Shown: positions 18,625-27,149 of the stretch, piece by piece | Layout of the letters: the number at the start of each line of letters is the position of its first letter | How positions within the stretch are numbered: the first letter of the stretch is position 1 | From: Clostridia bacterium | Lineage (GTDB): Bacteria > Bacillota > Clostridia > Christensenellales > CAG-138 | DNA length: 64,000 bases | NCBI GenBank assembly: GCA_017429985.1 | Contig: JAFRNW010000004.1 | Coordinates: 1,390 to 65,389, forward strand | Direction: 5' to 3' | Position numbers and translations under genes: made by a program | The notes under the pieces: model-generated | Database searches by the model: none | What the model was told of the DNA's origin: nothing | Seen by the model: the letters and a program-made list of their open reading frames with translations, nothing else

Positions 18625-18895
18625 TTCTTTTTCCAGAACACCGTTTTCCGAATGCCATTTTTGACAACTATACCTTTTAATCATTCAATAAGCAATGTCA
18701 GAAATGAAAACTCTTTTCTTCAAACAGTCACGTTTCCCTTGCAATAAGCACTTCCTGGAGCGACGCCGAATGCACCGTCATTGAAAAACCGAGCCTCGCG
18801 ACTCCTGTTTATCCCGGGATTTAATAATTCTCAAAGTTATTGATATACTGATAACAAGAAGGACTCCGAAGAGATGATTCAAACAGGGGGATATT

Positions 18896-19819
18896 ATGGA
18901 TGCAGTATTGAAACAGGAACGCACAAAATGTCTGTTCGCGCTGATCAGCTCGGCAGTCGTTGTTATCTGTGTGGCGGTAGCGATTACGATGAACCTGACC
19001 ACGATTTACGATGAGAACTTTGACCATATGGGAATTCGGACATTCTGCATGTTCACAGTCAACTCAAATCTCGCCGCAGCGGTTGGGATGGGAATCGTTT
19101 TTCCCTACACGGTAGACGGCTTGCGTAAAAACAATTATCATCTTCCGAACTGGGTTGTGGGTGTGCTGTTTGTCGGGGTAACATGCGTTTCTTTGACTTT
19201 TCTGGTTTCCCTGTTTATTCTCGCGCCTGCAAAAGGGTTCGTCCTGATATTCTCCGGCTCAAGGTTCTTTCTTCACGGCGTATGTCCGATCCTCTCGATC
19301 ATTGCCTTTTGCTGCTTCATCGTTGATCACCGGATCTCCGTAAAGGAAACAATGCTTCCGCTGATCCCGGTTCTGGTTTATTCGATTCTTTATGTCACAA
19401 TGGTGGTCATAATCGGGGAAGAACGCGGAGGATGGAATGATTTTTACGGGTTTATGACCCGCATCCCGAAGTGGATTCCGCTTGTGACAATCCTTCCGGT
19501 CACATTTTGCATTGCAATGCTGCTCCGGCTCGGGCACAACGGATCGTATAATCGAACGCTGAAACACGATGCCGAAATATATGAAAAAGTGTACGGAGGG
19601 GCGGACGTGCGAAAAGTCGTTCGCTCCATGGCGGAAGCATTCCGAACGACAGTACGAATCCGGGATATCGTGGTTCCCGTCCGGGTTATCAATGTTCTTT
19701 TAAGATATAGCGGGGATACCGGCTGCTCCCTGGAGGAATGCTGCCGTCTGTTCGTAGATATCTGTCTTTATGAAAAGGACTCAGATACGGAAAAGCGGGA
19801 CAGAGCAGCAACCTTATGA
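18896..19819 (+). CDS. hypothetical membrane protein with a soluble C-terminal domain
   Basis: 307 aa: about 6 TM, then a roughly 90-aa hydrophilic, Cys-containing tail. GGGGGA RBS. Confidence 0.6.
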   Translation: MDAVLKQERTKCLFALISSAVVVICVAVAITMNLTTIYDENFDHMGIRTFCMFTVNSNLAAAVGMGIVFPYTVDGLRKNNYHLPNWVVGVLFVGVTCVSLTFLVSLFILAPAKGFVLIFSGSRFFLHGVCPILSIIAFCCFIVDHRISVKETMLPLIPVLVYSILYVTMVVIIGEERGGWNDFYGFMTRIPKWIPLVTILPVTFCIAMLLRLGHNGSYNRTLKHDAEIYEKVYGGADVRKVVRSMAEAFRTTVRIRDIVVPVRVINVLLRYSGDTGCSLEECCRLFVDICLYEKDSDTEKRDRAATL

Positions 19820-19853
19820 TCCGTCCCTTTGTCAAAATTGTTCCTGTTTGGAA

Positions 19854-19879
19854 AAAGGGATTGCGCAGGCAATCCCTTT
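19854..19879. terminator. bidirectional intrinsic terminator
   Basis: AAAGGGATTGC-GCAG-GCAATCCCTTT, an 11-bp perfect stem with A/T runs on both sides. Confidence 0.75.
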
Positions 19880-19913
19880 GAATCAGGAGCGGACCGTGAT
19901 TCCGTACGGCGGA

Positions 19914-20843
19914 TCAGAACCATTTGTTCTTTTTTGCAAACAAGCTGAAAATTGCGACAACGACCAAGGAAAGCACAATGACATAAACATATCCGAATCG
20001 CCAGGAGAATTCCGGCATGGACTGAAAATTCATGCCATACCAGCCCACAATGATCGTAAGAGGGAAAAAGAGCGTGGTGAGGACGGTCAGGACTTTCATG
20101 GTGCGGTTCATTTTTACGTCCAAATATGCGGAATAGGCATCCTGAAGATGATCCAGGGCGTTATTCAGAGTTATGACGTCATTTTTCAGCCGCTCGACTT
20201 TTTTGGACAAATTCGAGAAATAGTACAGATTGCAGGAAGAAAAGATATCATTCTCGTTTTCTTCAAGGGTTTCCGTCACATCGAGGATCTGTTCGTAATA
20301 AGTCTGAAGATGGAGCAGCTTTTTCTTCAGTTCAAGCAGATCGGATTCGAATTCGTTTCCGGTGGTATCCGTTATGACGACCTCCTCCATTTCTGCCATG
20401 GCGTTGCGCATCGTTTCGATTTTTTCCGTTCCCCCGGATATCAGGGACTCGATGAAAGAACAGACAACTTTTTCCGCTTTAAGCTTGGAGACGGGAAACC
20501 GCTTGATTGCGCTGATGAAACTGTTCCGCGTTGATCCGTCATGATCGCGGATATCGATGACGAGCAGGAAGTTTTTTTTAAGATAGACGGAAATATAGTC
20601 GTCTTCCGCACGGTCGGACGCAACGCGCAGCTCGGTGAACGTATAATCGTCATGGACTTCCACGCCGGTCCGGAACAGCGGGCTTACGCTCTGGCTGCTT
20701 TCTACGGTATCCGGAGCAAAGTCGAATCTTTTGTAGATCTGTTTGAGCTCTGCACCGTTGATATAACCGGCAGTAATAAACGCATCGGAAATTTCGTCGA
20801 CAGAGATCTCTTCAATCGGATCTCCCAGGCGGTAGAAAAGCAT
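19914..20843 (-). CDS. corA: magnesium/cobalt transporter CorA
   Basis: C-terminal GWYGMNF signature plus two TM. Start set at ATG 20843 behind GGAGGAA; the 78-codon upstream extension in the track covers the promoter. Confidence 0.85.
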   Translation of the reverse strand: MLFYRLGDPIEEISVDEISDAFITAGYINGAELKQIYKRFDFAPDTVESSQSVSPLFRTGVEVHDDYTFTELRVASDRAEDDYISVYLKKNFLLVIDIRDHDGSTRNSFISAIKRFPVSKLKAEKVVCSFIESLISGGTEKIETMRNAMAEMEEVVITDTTGNEFESDLLELKKKLLHLQTYYEQILDVTETLEENENDIFSSCNLYYFSNLSKKVERLKNDVITLNNALDHLQDAYSAYLDVKMNRTMKVLTVLTTLFFPLTIIVGWYGMNFQSMPEFSWRFGYVYVIVLSLVVVAIFSLFAKKNKWF

Positions 20844-20879
20844 AGGAAGTTCCTCCCGGCGGCAAGTATCATTGCGCTG

Positions 20880-20890
20880 ATTATACCACA
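20880..20890 (-). promoter_or_regulatory. extended -10 promoter element for corA
   Basis: Minus strand reads TGTGGTATAAT, about 36 nt upstream of ATG 20843. Confidence 0.5.
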
Positions 20891-21045
20891 GAATGATTTT
20901 GCTGTGGCTTTGTTTGAGCCGAAAACTGCCGGGCGAACCGACGCAGCAGATTCTGAAACGGATACCGGACAATATACAGGCGGATGCATGGTTCTGAGAA
21001 TGAAAGGCTGAAAATGAAAGCCCGGACCGGACGAGGCATGGTTTG

Positions 21046-21074
21046 TTGATGGATTTCCTGTCTGATGATAAAAT
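21046..21074 (+). promoter_or_regulatory. candidate sigma-A promoter for the kinase/STAS-kinase operon
   Basis: TTGATG-N17-TAAAAT. It places the transcription start near 21081, downstream of the track start codon at 21065. Confidence 0.5.
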
Positions 21075-21142
21075 CAAAAAGCAGAGTGTTTCATTTGAAC
21101 TCCCGGAAGATCACGCGCGGACTGCAGGAGAGGGCCGTATTC

Positions 21143-21859
21143 ATGTCCGAAAACAACAATACAATCAGGAACAGACCGGAACGGAACCGTTCCCCGCAGG
21201 ATGCGGGTCCGCTTCCATGCGATGTGGTTTCATTCGTCTGCGAAGAGCGGGACGGCACCTGCGATCCGGACGGCTGCGCATCACGGAAAACTCTGCAGGA
21301 AAAGAAAGCGGAAAACCATGCCCGGACGCGGGAAACGGAACAGGATCGTATTTCGTCGGAAGAGCATCCTTCAGAGATCGGTCCGGAAGGGGAAGTGAGC
21401 AATACTGACCCCGATTCAGAGGGAAAAGAATCCGACACGGACGCATGCCTGGTGAAAGAACTGACGGTTGAATCCGTTCCCGAAAAGATCAATGCCGTTA
21501 CGGCATTTATCAACTCGGAACTTGAAGCGTATGACTGTTCCAGAAGAACGCGAATACAGATCGATATTGCGGTCGATGAATTGTTCGCGAACATTGTTCA
21601 TCATGCTTACGCCTCCCGCGGCGGAGATATAACGGTCAGGGTGTGCATCTCCGGAAAGGACCGGACGGCGCGGATCACACTGATCGATTCCGGCAAGCCG
21701 TTCGACCCGCTTTCCGCCCCGGAGCCGGATATTTCCCTTCCGGTCGAGCAGCGCGCGGTCGGAGGGCTGGGGATCTATCTTGTGAAAAAAACAATGGATG
21801 ACCTGCGCTATGAATACAGCGACGGGAAGAATTTTGTGACAATCGCGAAAGCCATTTAG
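21143..21859 (+). CDS. RsbW/SpoIIAB-like anti-sigma-type serine kinase (GHKL ATPase) with a Cys-rich N-terminal extension
   Basis: C-terminal ~135 aa carry ELFANIVHHAY, IDSGKPFDP and GGLGIYLVKKTMD. N-terminal ~100 aa are acidic and low-complexity with C-x6-C-x6-C-x4-C. Start is ATG 21143 after AGGAGAGGG, downstream of the predicted promoter. Confidence 0.8.
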   Translation: MSENNNTIRNRPERNRSPQDAGPLPCDVVSFVCEERDGTCDPDGCASRKTLQEKKAENHARTRETEQDRISSEEHPSEIGPEGEVSNTDPDSEGKESDTDACLVKELTVESVPEKINAVTAFINSELEAYDCSRRTRIQIDIAVDELFANIVHHAYASRGGDITVRVCISGKDRTARITLIDSGKPFDPLSAPEPDISLPVEQRAVGGLGIYLVKKTMDDLRYEYSDGKNFVTIAKAI

Positions 21860-21910
21860 AAGCAAATCCGGGCAAACGGCCTGAATAACGGAAAGAAAGA
21901 GTGGAAAACA

Positions 21911-23095
21911 ATGGATAATCTGAGTTTCGAAAACAATAAAGACGGCCTGATTCTGAAACTGAGCGGGCACATCGACTCCTCCAACGCCCCTGCGATTGAG
22001 GAGGAAATCGGCAAGATCCGCGCAAACTGCAAAGCGAAGGCGGTACAAATCGACTGTGAAAAGCTGGAGTACATCTCGAGCGCAGGATTAAGAGTCATTC
22101 TGCGGATCAAGAAAGAAGTTCCGGATACGAAGATCATCAATGTCTCTTCCGAGATCTATGACATATTCAACATGACCGGCTTTACCGAAATGATGGAGAT
22201 CGAGAAAGCATTCCGCGTCCTGTCCGTTGATCAGTGCGAAGTGATCGGGCAGGGGGCAAACGGAAAGGTCTACAGAATCGACCAGGACACGATCGTAAAG
22301 GAGTATTTTAATGCGGATGCCCTTCCGGAGATCAACCGTGAACGGGAGCTGGCGCGTACCGCGTTTGTGCTGGGAATACCGACGGCCATCCCTTACGATG
22401 TCGTCAGGCTGCAGAACGGGGATTACGGTTCCGTTTTTGAACTTTTGAACGCGAAGAGTTTTGCAAAACTCCTGATCAGCCACGAGAAAACGCTGGACGA
22501 ACTGGTGGAAATGAGCATTGAACTTCTCAGGCAGATCCATTCCACGAAGGTAAAGCCCGATACGATGCCCGACATGAGGGCGACCGCGCTGGACTGGGCA
22601 GACTTTTTGAAGGATTATCTGGAGCCGGCCCAGTACAAAAAGCTTCATGATCTGATCGAGGAAGTTCCCAAGGATAATCATATGCTTCACGGTGATTATC
22701 ACCTGAAAAACGTTATGTACCAGAACGGGGAAACCTTGCTGATCGATATGGATACCCTTTCGCACGGGCATCCGATCTTTGAACTTGCGAGCATGTATAA
22801 CGCATACAAAGGATTTGCGGACCTGAATCATGACAACGTGGAGTCCTTTCTGGGGATTCCGTATGATACGGCGGTGGAATTCTGGAACAAGTCGCTGAGC
22901 CTCTATCTGAAAGGGAAAGACGAGAAGACCGTCCGGCAGACGGAGGAGAAAGCGATGCTGATCGGACATGCACGCATCATGAGAAGAAGCATCAGAAGGA
23001 ACGGCTTCGACACTCCCGAAGGGCGTGCGGTGATTGAAAACAGCCGGAAGCATCTCGCGGAGCTTCTCCCCAGGATCGATACACTTGTGTTCTGA
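21911..23095 (+). CDS. STAS (anti-sigma-factor antagonist) domain fused to an aminoglycoside-phosphotransferase/ePK-like kinase domain
   Basis: Residues 1-105 are STAS with LEYISSAGLRV. Residues ~110-394 have G-loop IGQGANGKVYRI, IVKEY Lys, HGDYHLKNVM and LIDMD. Confidence 0.8.
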   Translation: MDNLSFENNKDGLILKLSGHIDSSNAPAIEEEIGKIRANCKAKAVQIDCEKLEYISSAGLRVILRIKKEVPDTKIINVSSEIYDIFNMTGFTEMMEIEKAFRVLSVDQCEVIGQGANGKVYRIDQDTIVKEYFNADALPEINRERELARTAFVLGIPTAIPYDVVRLQNGDYGSVFELLNAKSFAKLLISHEKTLDELVEMSIELLRQIHSTKVKPDTMPDMRATALDWADFLKDYLEPAQYKKLHDLIEEVPKDNHMLHGDYHLKNVMYQNGETLLIDMDTLSHGHPIFELASMYNAYKGFADLNHDNVESFLGIPYDTAVEFWNKSLSLYLKGKDEKTVRQTEEKAMLIGHARIMRRSIRRNGFDTPEGRAVIENSRKHLAELLPRIDTLVF

Positions 23096-23173
23096 GGCAA
23101 CCTGTATCTCAAATGGGCCGCTTTTAGGCTGCGGGGGAAAGGACAGAGCTGCGAGGAAAACAGAACGCGTCAG

Positions 23174-23202
23174 TTGGCAAAAGACGGCATTCATGTTATA
23201 AT
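23174..23202 (+). promoter_or_regulatory. near-consensus sigma-A promoter
   Basis: TTGGCA-N17-TATAAT. Predicts a leader of about 150 nt before ATG 23361. Confidence 0.6.
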
Positions 23203-23360
23203 AAATATCTGACCGGCTGAAGCCGGCAGGAACGGCGCCGAAGCGCTGAACGCTATGAAATAACTGTTTATGTGTACTATGAAAGTATGCGTTTTCTCTG
23301 AAGGGAGCCGGCGTATACTTTTTTGGTATACAGGTCATATTTAAAAAGGAGGATATTATA

Positions 23361-23771
23361 ATGGCATGTTTTCTTATTCCGACGGTTGAAGCCATCGCCG
23401 TAACGGCACTCGCGAAGGTGATGGAGTCCAAAGAGGTCAGCCGCGATATAGCAAAAGTGCAGAAAGATTCGGAATCACTGGAAGTCGCGGGGAAAGTACC
23501 GTTTTCCAGAAAGTTGAAATGGCTCAGGAATCTCTTGTGGGGCGGTTCCGCGCTGCTCGCGTTTGAGCATGTGTGGCACGGCGAAGTCGTTCCGTGGTTT
23601 CCGTTCCTTACGGCGGCCGCAGATCCGGCGGATGCAGCGGAGATGCTGCATGAAATGGCAACCATCGGTGTTACGATGGCTGTGCTGGTTACCGCTGTCT
23701 GGGGCGTGATGCTGGCCGTTTCCTCGTCTGTTGAAAAAAGAGCGTCCAAGGTGCAGCCTGCAGAGAATTAA
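23361..23771 (+). CDS. hypothetical small membrane protein (paralog A)
   Basis: 136 aa, 3 predicted TM, AAGGAGGA RBS. The C-terminal two-thirds align by eye with the next ORF. Confidence 0.6.
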   Translation: MACFLIPTVEAIAVTALAKVMESKEVSRDIAKVQKDSESLEVAGKVPFSRKLKWLRNLLWGGSALLAFEHVWHGEVVPWFPFLTAAADPADAAEMLHEMATIGVTMAVLVTAVWGVMLAVSSSVEKRASKVQPAEN

Positions 23772-23792
23772 TCACTGCCGGAGGTAAAGACG

Positions 23793-24110
23793 ATGACTTT
23801 GCTTTCCACATTTTTTGCGGCGATCATCTGTACGGTGATCTGGTATCGGAACGCGCCGAAAGATGACATGAAAGTCGGGATCCTTTGCTGGCTTTACTGG
23901 GGTGCGTCCCTGATGTGGCTGGTCGATGCCATTTTCGAATACGCGGAAGTTCGTGCGGAGTATTTCACGCCCGCGCCTGCGGATATGCTGAATGATTTGT
24001 TCCTCGGCCTTTCCGTGATCGCGCTTGGCTTGATCATCTGGCTCGTGATCCTTCTGATAAAGGATCCGAAGGGCGTTGTGAAAAACGCGCTTTCCCGCGG
24101 CAAACACTAA
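23793..24110 (+). CDS. hypothetical small membrane protein (paralog B)
   Basis: 105 aa, 3 TM, GGAGG RBS. Shares the W-G-(A/G)-S-L...FE(H/Y)...PA(D/P)A..ML pattern with the upstream ORF. Confidence 0.6.
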   Translation: MTLLSTFFAAIICTVIWYRNAPKDDMKVGILCWLYWGASLMWLVDAIFEYAEVRAEYFTPAPADMLNDLFLGLSVIALGLIIWLVILLIKDPKGVVKNALSRGKH

Positions 24111-24127
24111 TACGGTTATTTCGGAAT

Positions 24128-24159
24128 GGTTCTGCGGCAGCTGCGGCAGAACCTTTTTT
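24128..24159 (+). terminator. intrinsic terminator immediately upstream of the larB RBS
   Basis: GGTTCTGC...GCAGAACC (near-palindromic 26-mer) followed by TTTTTT. Ends 6 nt before the GAGGGG RBS of larB. Confidence 0.75.
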
Positions 24160-24175
24160 CAACTTGAGGGGTATC

Positions 24176-24931
24176 ATGAACGAGGAGATCAGAAAGGTCC
24201 TGGAATCCGTCAGAGACGGATCCATGACAGTGGAAGAAGCCTTGCTGAGGCTGAAGATTCAGCCGTTTGAAGATCTTGGGTTTGCGAAGGTCGATCTTCA
24301 CCGGTCCCTGCGCCAGGGCGCTCCGGAAGTCATATACGGTGCGGGCAAAACAGCCGAACAGATCGTCGGGATTATCAGGACCATGCAGGAGAACGGGCAG
24401 AAACAGGTGCTGATTACGCGTCTTGACAAAGAGAGCGCGGAATTGATCCGGAAATCGGTTCCCATTACGTATCGTCCGGAGGCACGCATAGGTTTCTGCG
24501 GTTCCATTCCGGAGCCGGACGGACTCGGCAGGGTGCTTGTTGCGACGGGAGGAACAAGCGATATCCCCGTTGCGGAAGAGGCTGCACTGACGGCGGAGTT
24601 TTACGGGAATGAGGTAATCCGGCTATATGATGTCGGGGTCGCCGGCCTGCACAGGCTGCTTGCGCATAAGGAAGAGATCATGAGCGCCAGCGTGATCATC
24701 GCAATTGCGGGCATGGAAGGCGCGCTTGCAAGCGTTATCGGAGGACTTGCGGACTGTCCGGTGATCGCAGTACCGACAAGCGTCGGATACGGTGCATCTT
24801 TCCGGGGGCTGTCTGCACTGCTGTCCATGCTCAACTCCTGCGCAAGCGGAGTCGCCGTTGTCAATATCGATAACGGATTCGGCGCCGGATATTATGCGAA
24901 TATGATCAATCACAGGGAGAAAAAGGCATGA
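24176..24931 (+). CDS. larB: nickel-pincer cofactor biosynthesis protein LarB (pyridinium-3,5-biscarboxylic acid mononucleotide synthase)
   Basis: PurE-like C-terminal half (VLVATGGTSDIPVAEEA, IAIAGMEGALASVIGG) with the family N-terminal helix. Start ATG 24176 after GAGGGG. Confidence 0.88.
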   Translation: MNEEIRKVLESVRDGSMTVEEALLRLKIQPFEDLGFAKVDLHRSLRQGAPEVIYGAGKTAEQIVGIIRTMQENGQKQVLITRLDKESAELIRKSVPITYRPEARIGFCGSIPEPDGLGRVLVATGGTSDIPVAEEAALTAEFYGNEVIRLYDVGVAGLHRLLAHKEEIMSASVIIAIAGMEGALASVIGGLADCPVIAVPTSVGYGASFRGLSALLSMLNSCASGVAVVNIDNGFGAGYYANMINHREKKA

Positions 24932-26142
24932 AAACGCTTTATCTTGACTGCTCCATGGGCGCTGCAGGGGATATGCTGACGGCGGCTCTGCTGGAGCTTC
25001 TTCCGGATCCGGAGTCCTTTGTGGAGCGCCTGAACACGCTTGGCATCCCCGGGGTGGAATTCAGAGCGGGAAAGACGAATAAATGCGGGATTACTGGCAC
25101 CAGTATGACAGTGCTGGTTCACGGAACGGAAGAAAGCCCCCGTATGCACGATATGGAGCATATGAACCAGGGCAGCCAAGTTCACGGGGAGGAATGCGGG
25201 CACGACCATCACGGGATGCATGAAATCGAGCATATCGTTGAGGAACTGCCTCTGTCGCCCGATATCCGAAAAGACATCCTGGATGTTTACGGCCTGATTG
25301 CCGAGGCGGAAAGCCACGTTCACGGCAGGCCGGTCGCGGAGATCCATTTTCACGAAGTGGGAACGATGGACGCGGTGGCGGATATCACGGCGGTCTGCAT
25401 GCTGATGCGGGAGATCCGTCCGGACGAGACCGTGGTCTCACCGGTTCATGTGGGTAGCGGACAGGTCAGGTGCGCGCACGGAGTTTTACCGGTGCCTGCG
25501 CCGGCGACCGCGTTCATACTGAAGGGAGTCCCGTCGTACGGCGGAGAAATCTCCGGAGAGCTCTGCACTCCGACCGGCGCGGCGCTTCTCAGACATTTTG
25601 CGACCCGTTTCGGCAGCATGCCGGTTATGTCTGTTTCGGAGATCGGCTATGGAATGGGCAAGAAGGATTTTGAGCGTGCCAACTGTGTCCGAGTAATGCT
25701 TGGCGACACCGCGGAGCTTACGGATATGATCTGTGAACTCTCCTGCAATGTGGACGATATGACGGCGGAGGAGATAGGGTTCGCGGAGGAACAGCTGTTT
25801 GAAGCAGGGGCGGTGGAGGTATTTACCGTACCTGTCGGAATGAAAAAATCCCGTCCGGGCACAATGCTCTGCGCGCTCTGTTCCGAACAGGACCGTGAAA
25901 AGATCCTGTCCGCATTTTTCAGGCATACCTCAACGCTGGGCGTGCGGGAGAACATACTCCGTCGGCACATTCTGGACAGGTCGGTCGAAAAGATCCCGAC
26001 GCCCTTCGGAGAAGTCCGGCGCAAGGTTTCGACCGGGTACGGCGTGACCAGGCAAAAACTGGAATATGAGGATATTGCAAGGGTCGCAAGAGAAAAAGGG
26101 ATCAGTTTCAGAGAAGCGGAAGCACTTCTGAAAAAAGCATAG
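24928..26142 (+). CDS. larC: nickel insertion protein LarC (DUF111 family)
   Basis: N-terminus MKTLYLDCSMGAAGDM, an internal His-rich stretch (HDMEHMNQGSQVHGEECGHDHHGMHEIEH), and a C-terminal domain. ATGA overlap with larB. Confidence 0.88.
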   Translation: MKTLYLDCSMGAAGDMLTAALLELLPDPESFVERLNTLGIPGVEFRAGKTNKCGITGTSMTVLVHGTEESPRMHDMEHMNQGSQVHGEECGHDHHGMHEIEHIVEELPLSPDIRKDILDVYGLIAEAESHVHGRPVAEIHFHEVGTMDAVADITAVCMLMREIRPDETVVSPVHVGSGQVRCAHGVLPVPAPATAFILKGVPSYGGEISGELCTPTGAALLRHFATRFGSMPVMSVSEIGYGMGKKDFERANCVRVMLGDTAELTDMICELSCNVDDMTAEEIGFAEEQLFEAGAVEVFTVPVGMKKSRPGTMLCALCSEQDREKILSAFFRHTSTLGVRENILRRHILDRSVEKIPTPFGEVRRKVSTGYGVTRQKLEYEDIARVAREKGISFREAEALLKKA

Positions 26143-26157
26143 CGGGAGTGCGCAGAG

Positions 26158-26964
26158 ATGGATCGGATGCATGAAAAACAGGAACATCTGCACGGCCTGA
26201 TACGCGAAATGGGCACGGTTGCCGTTGCTTTTTCCTCGGGGGTGGATTCCACCTTTCTGCTGAAAACCGCGCATGATATTCTGGGCGACGGCGCACTCGC
26301 CGTGACGGCGCGCGCCTGTATCTTCCCTGAAAGGGAACGCGCGGAGGCCAGCCTGTTCTGCCGCAGCGAAGGAATCGAACAGATCTTTCTTGACGAAGAC
26401 GTGCTGGAAGTGGAAGGATTCAGAGACAATCCGAAGGACCGCTGCTATCATTGCAAGAAAAACCTTTTCTCAAAAATCATCCGAATCGCGGAAAACCGCG
26501 GGCTTGCTTATGTGGCAGAAGGCTCCAACCTGGACGACGAAGATGATTATCGCCCCGGGATGCGCGCTGTTTCGGAACTGGGAATTAGGAGCCCTCTGCG
26601 GGAAGCAGGGCTGACGAAACAGGAAATCCGGGAACTGTCACATGAGATGGGACTCCCGACATGGGATAAGCCTTCCTATGCGTGCCTTGCATCACGGTTT
26701 CCATATGGCGAGACGATCACCGCTGAAAAGCTGTCCATGGTGGAACAAGCGGAAGCGCTTCTTCTGAACCTCGGGTTTCGGCAGATGCGGGTGCGATTCC
26801 ACGGAGACACCGCGCGCATTGAAGTGGAACCGTCAGAGCTTGTGAGGATCGTTGCTCCCGAAACTGCAGGACAGATACGTTCCTATTTTCATAAACTCGG
26901 TTTTTTGTATGTTGCTGTTGACTTGGACGGATATCAGACCGGAAGCCTGAATAAAACGGTCTGA
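26158..26964 (+). CDS. larE: ATP-dependent sacrificial sulfur transferase LarE
   Basis: PP-loop AFSSGVDS, CYHCKK, and a conserved Cys in SYACLASRFPYG. Confidence 0.88.
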   Translation: MDRMHEKQEHLHGLIREMGTVAVAFSSGVDSTFLLKTAHDILGDGALAVTARACIFPERERAEASLFCRSEGIEQIFLDEDVLEVEGFRDNPKDRCYHCKKNLFSKIIRIAENRGLAYVAEGSNLDDEDDYRPGMRAVSELGIRSPLREAGLTKQEIRELSHEMGLPTWDKPSYACLASRFPYGETITAEKLSMVEQAEALLLNLGFRQMRVRFHGDTARIEVEPSELVRIVAPETAGQIRSYFHKLGFLYVAVDLDGYQTGSLNKTV

Positions 26965-27043
26965 ACCCGTTCCAAGCAGGTGGTCAAAGATAGCATCATG
27001 AAGGAAGCATTGCAGGGCAGTGCGTTATCGCCGGACAGATGTT

Positions 27044-27072
27044 AGAGATTTCCTCGGGGGAATCTCTTTTTT
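27044..27072 (+). terminator. intrinsic terminator after larE
   Basis: AGAGATTTCC-TCGG-GGGAATCTCT followed by TTTTT. Confidence 0.8.
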
Positions 27073-27149
27073 CATGCCATATGATATATTGGATGTGTAG
27101 TGTCCGGAAAAACGAAACGGCGGATCCTCCAAAGGCACATGACGACAAG

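Noticed and set aside
20844-21077. 78-codon N-terminal extension of CorA, and the possibility of an M-box Mg riboswitch upstream of corA
   Set aside because: A GGAGGAA-ATG sits at 20843 and an extended -10 (TGTGGTATAAT) lies inside the extension. I found none of the M-box conserved strings in the upstream 250 nt.
21065-21142. Track start codon 21065 for the RsbW-like kinase
   Set aside because: It lies upstream of the predicted -10 box (21069-21074) and has no RBS. ATG 21143 follows AGGAGAGGG.
23203-23360. Known riboswitch classes (NiCo, guanidine-I/II/III, fluoride, Mn) in the leader of the tandem membrane genes
   Set aside because: The hairpin loops are UGAA/CGAA, not ACGR. There is no four-way junction or pseudoknot strand matching the consensus sequences I remember. 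The proteins are not SMR-like despite a Glu in TM1 of paralog A. It is left as an unclassified leader.
27039-27149. N-terminal extensions of the nuclease (27039), FolC (49026), the ABC ATPase (52254), LarB (24164), PmbA (36448), the dehydrogenase (13419) and FeoB (11237)
   Set aside because: In each case a downstream start with a GGAGG-type RBS gives a protein beginning where the family normally begins. The upstream codons overlap the preceding gene, a promoter or a terminator.
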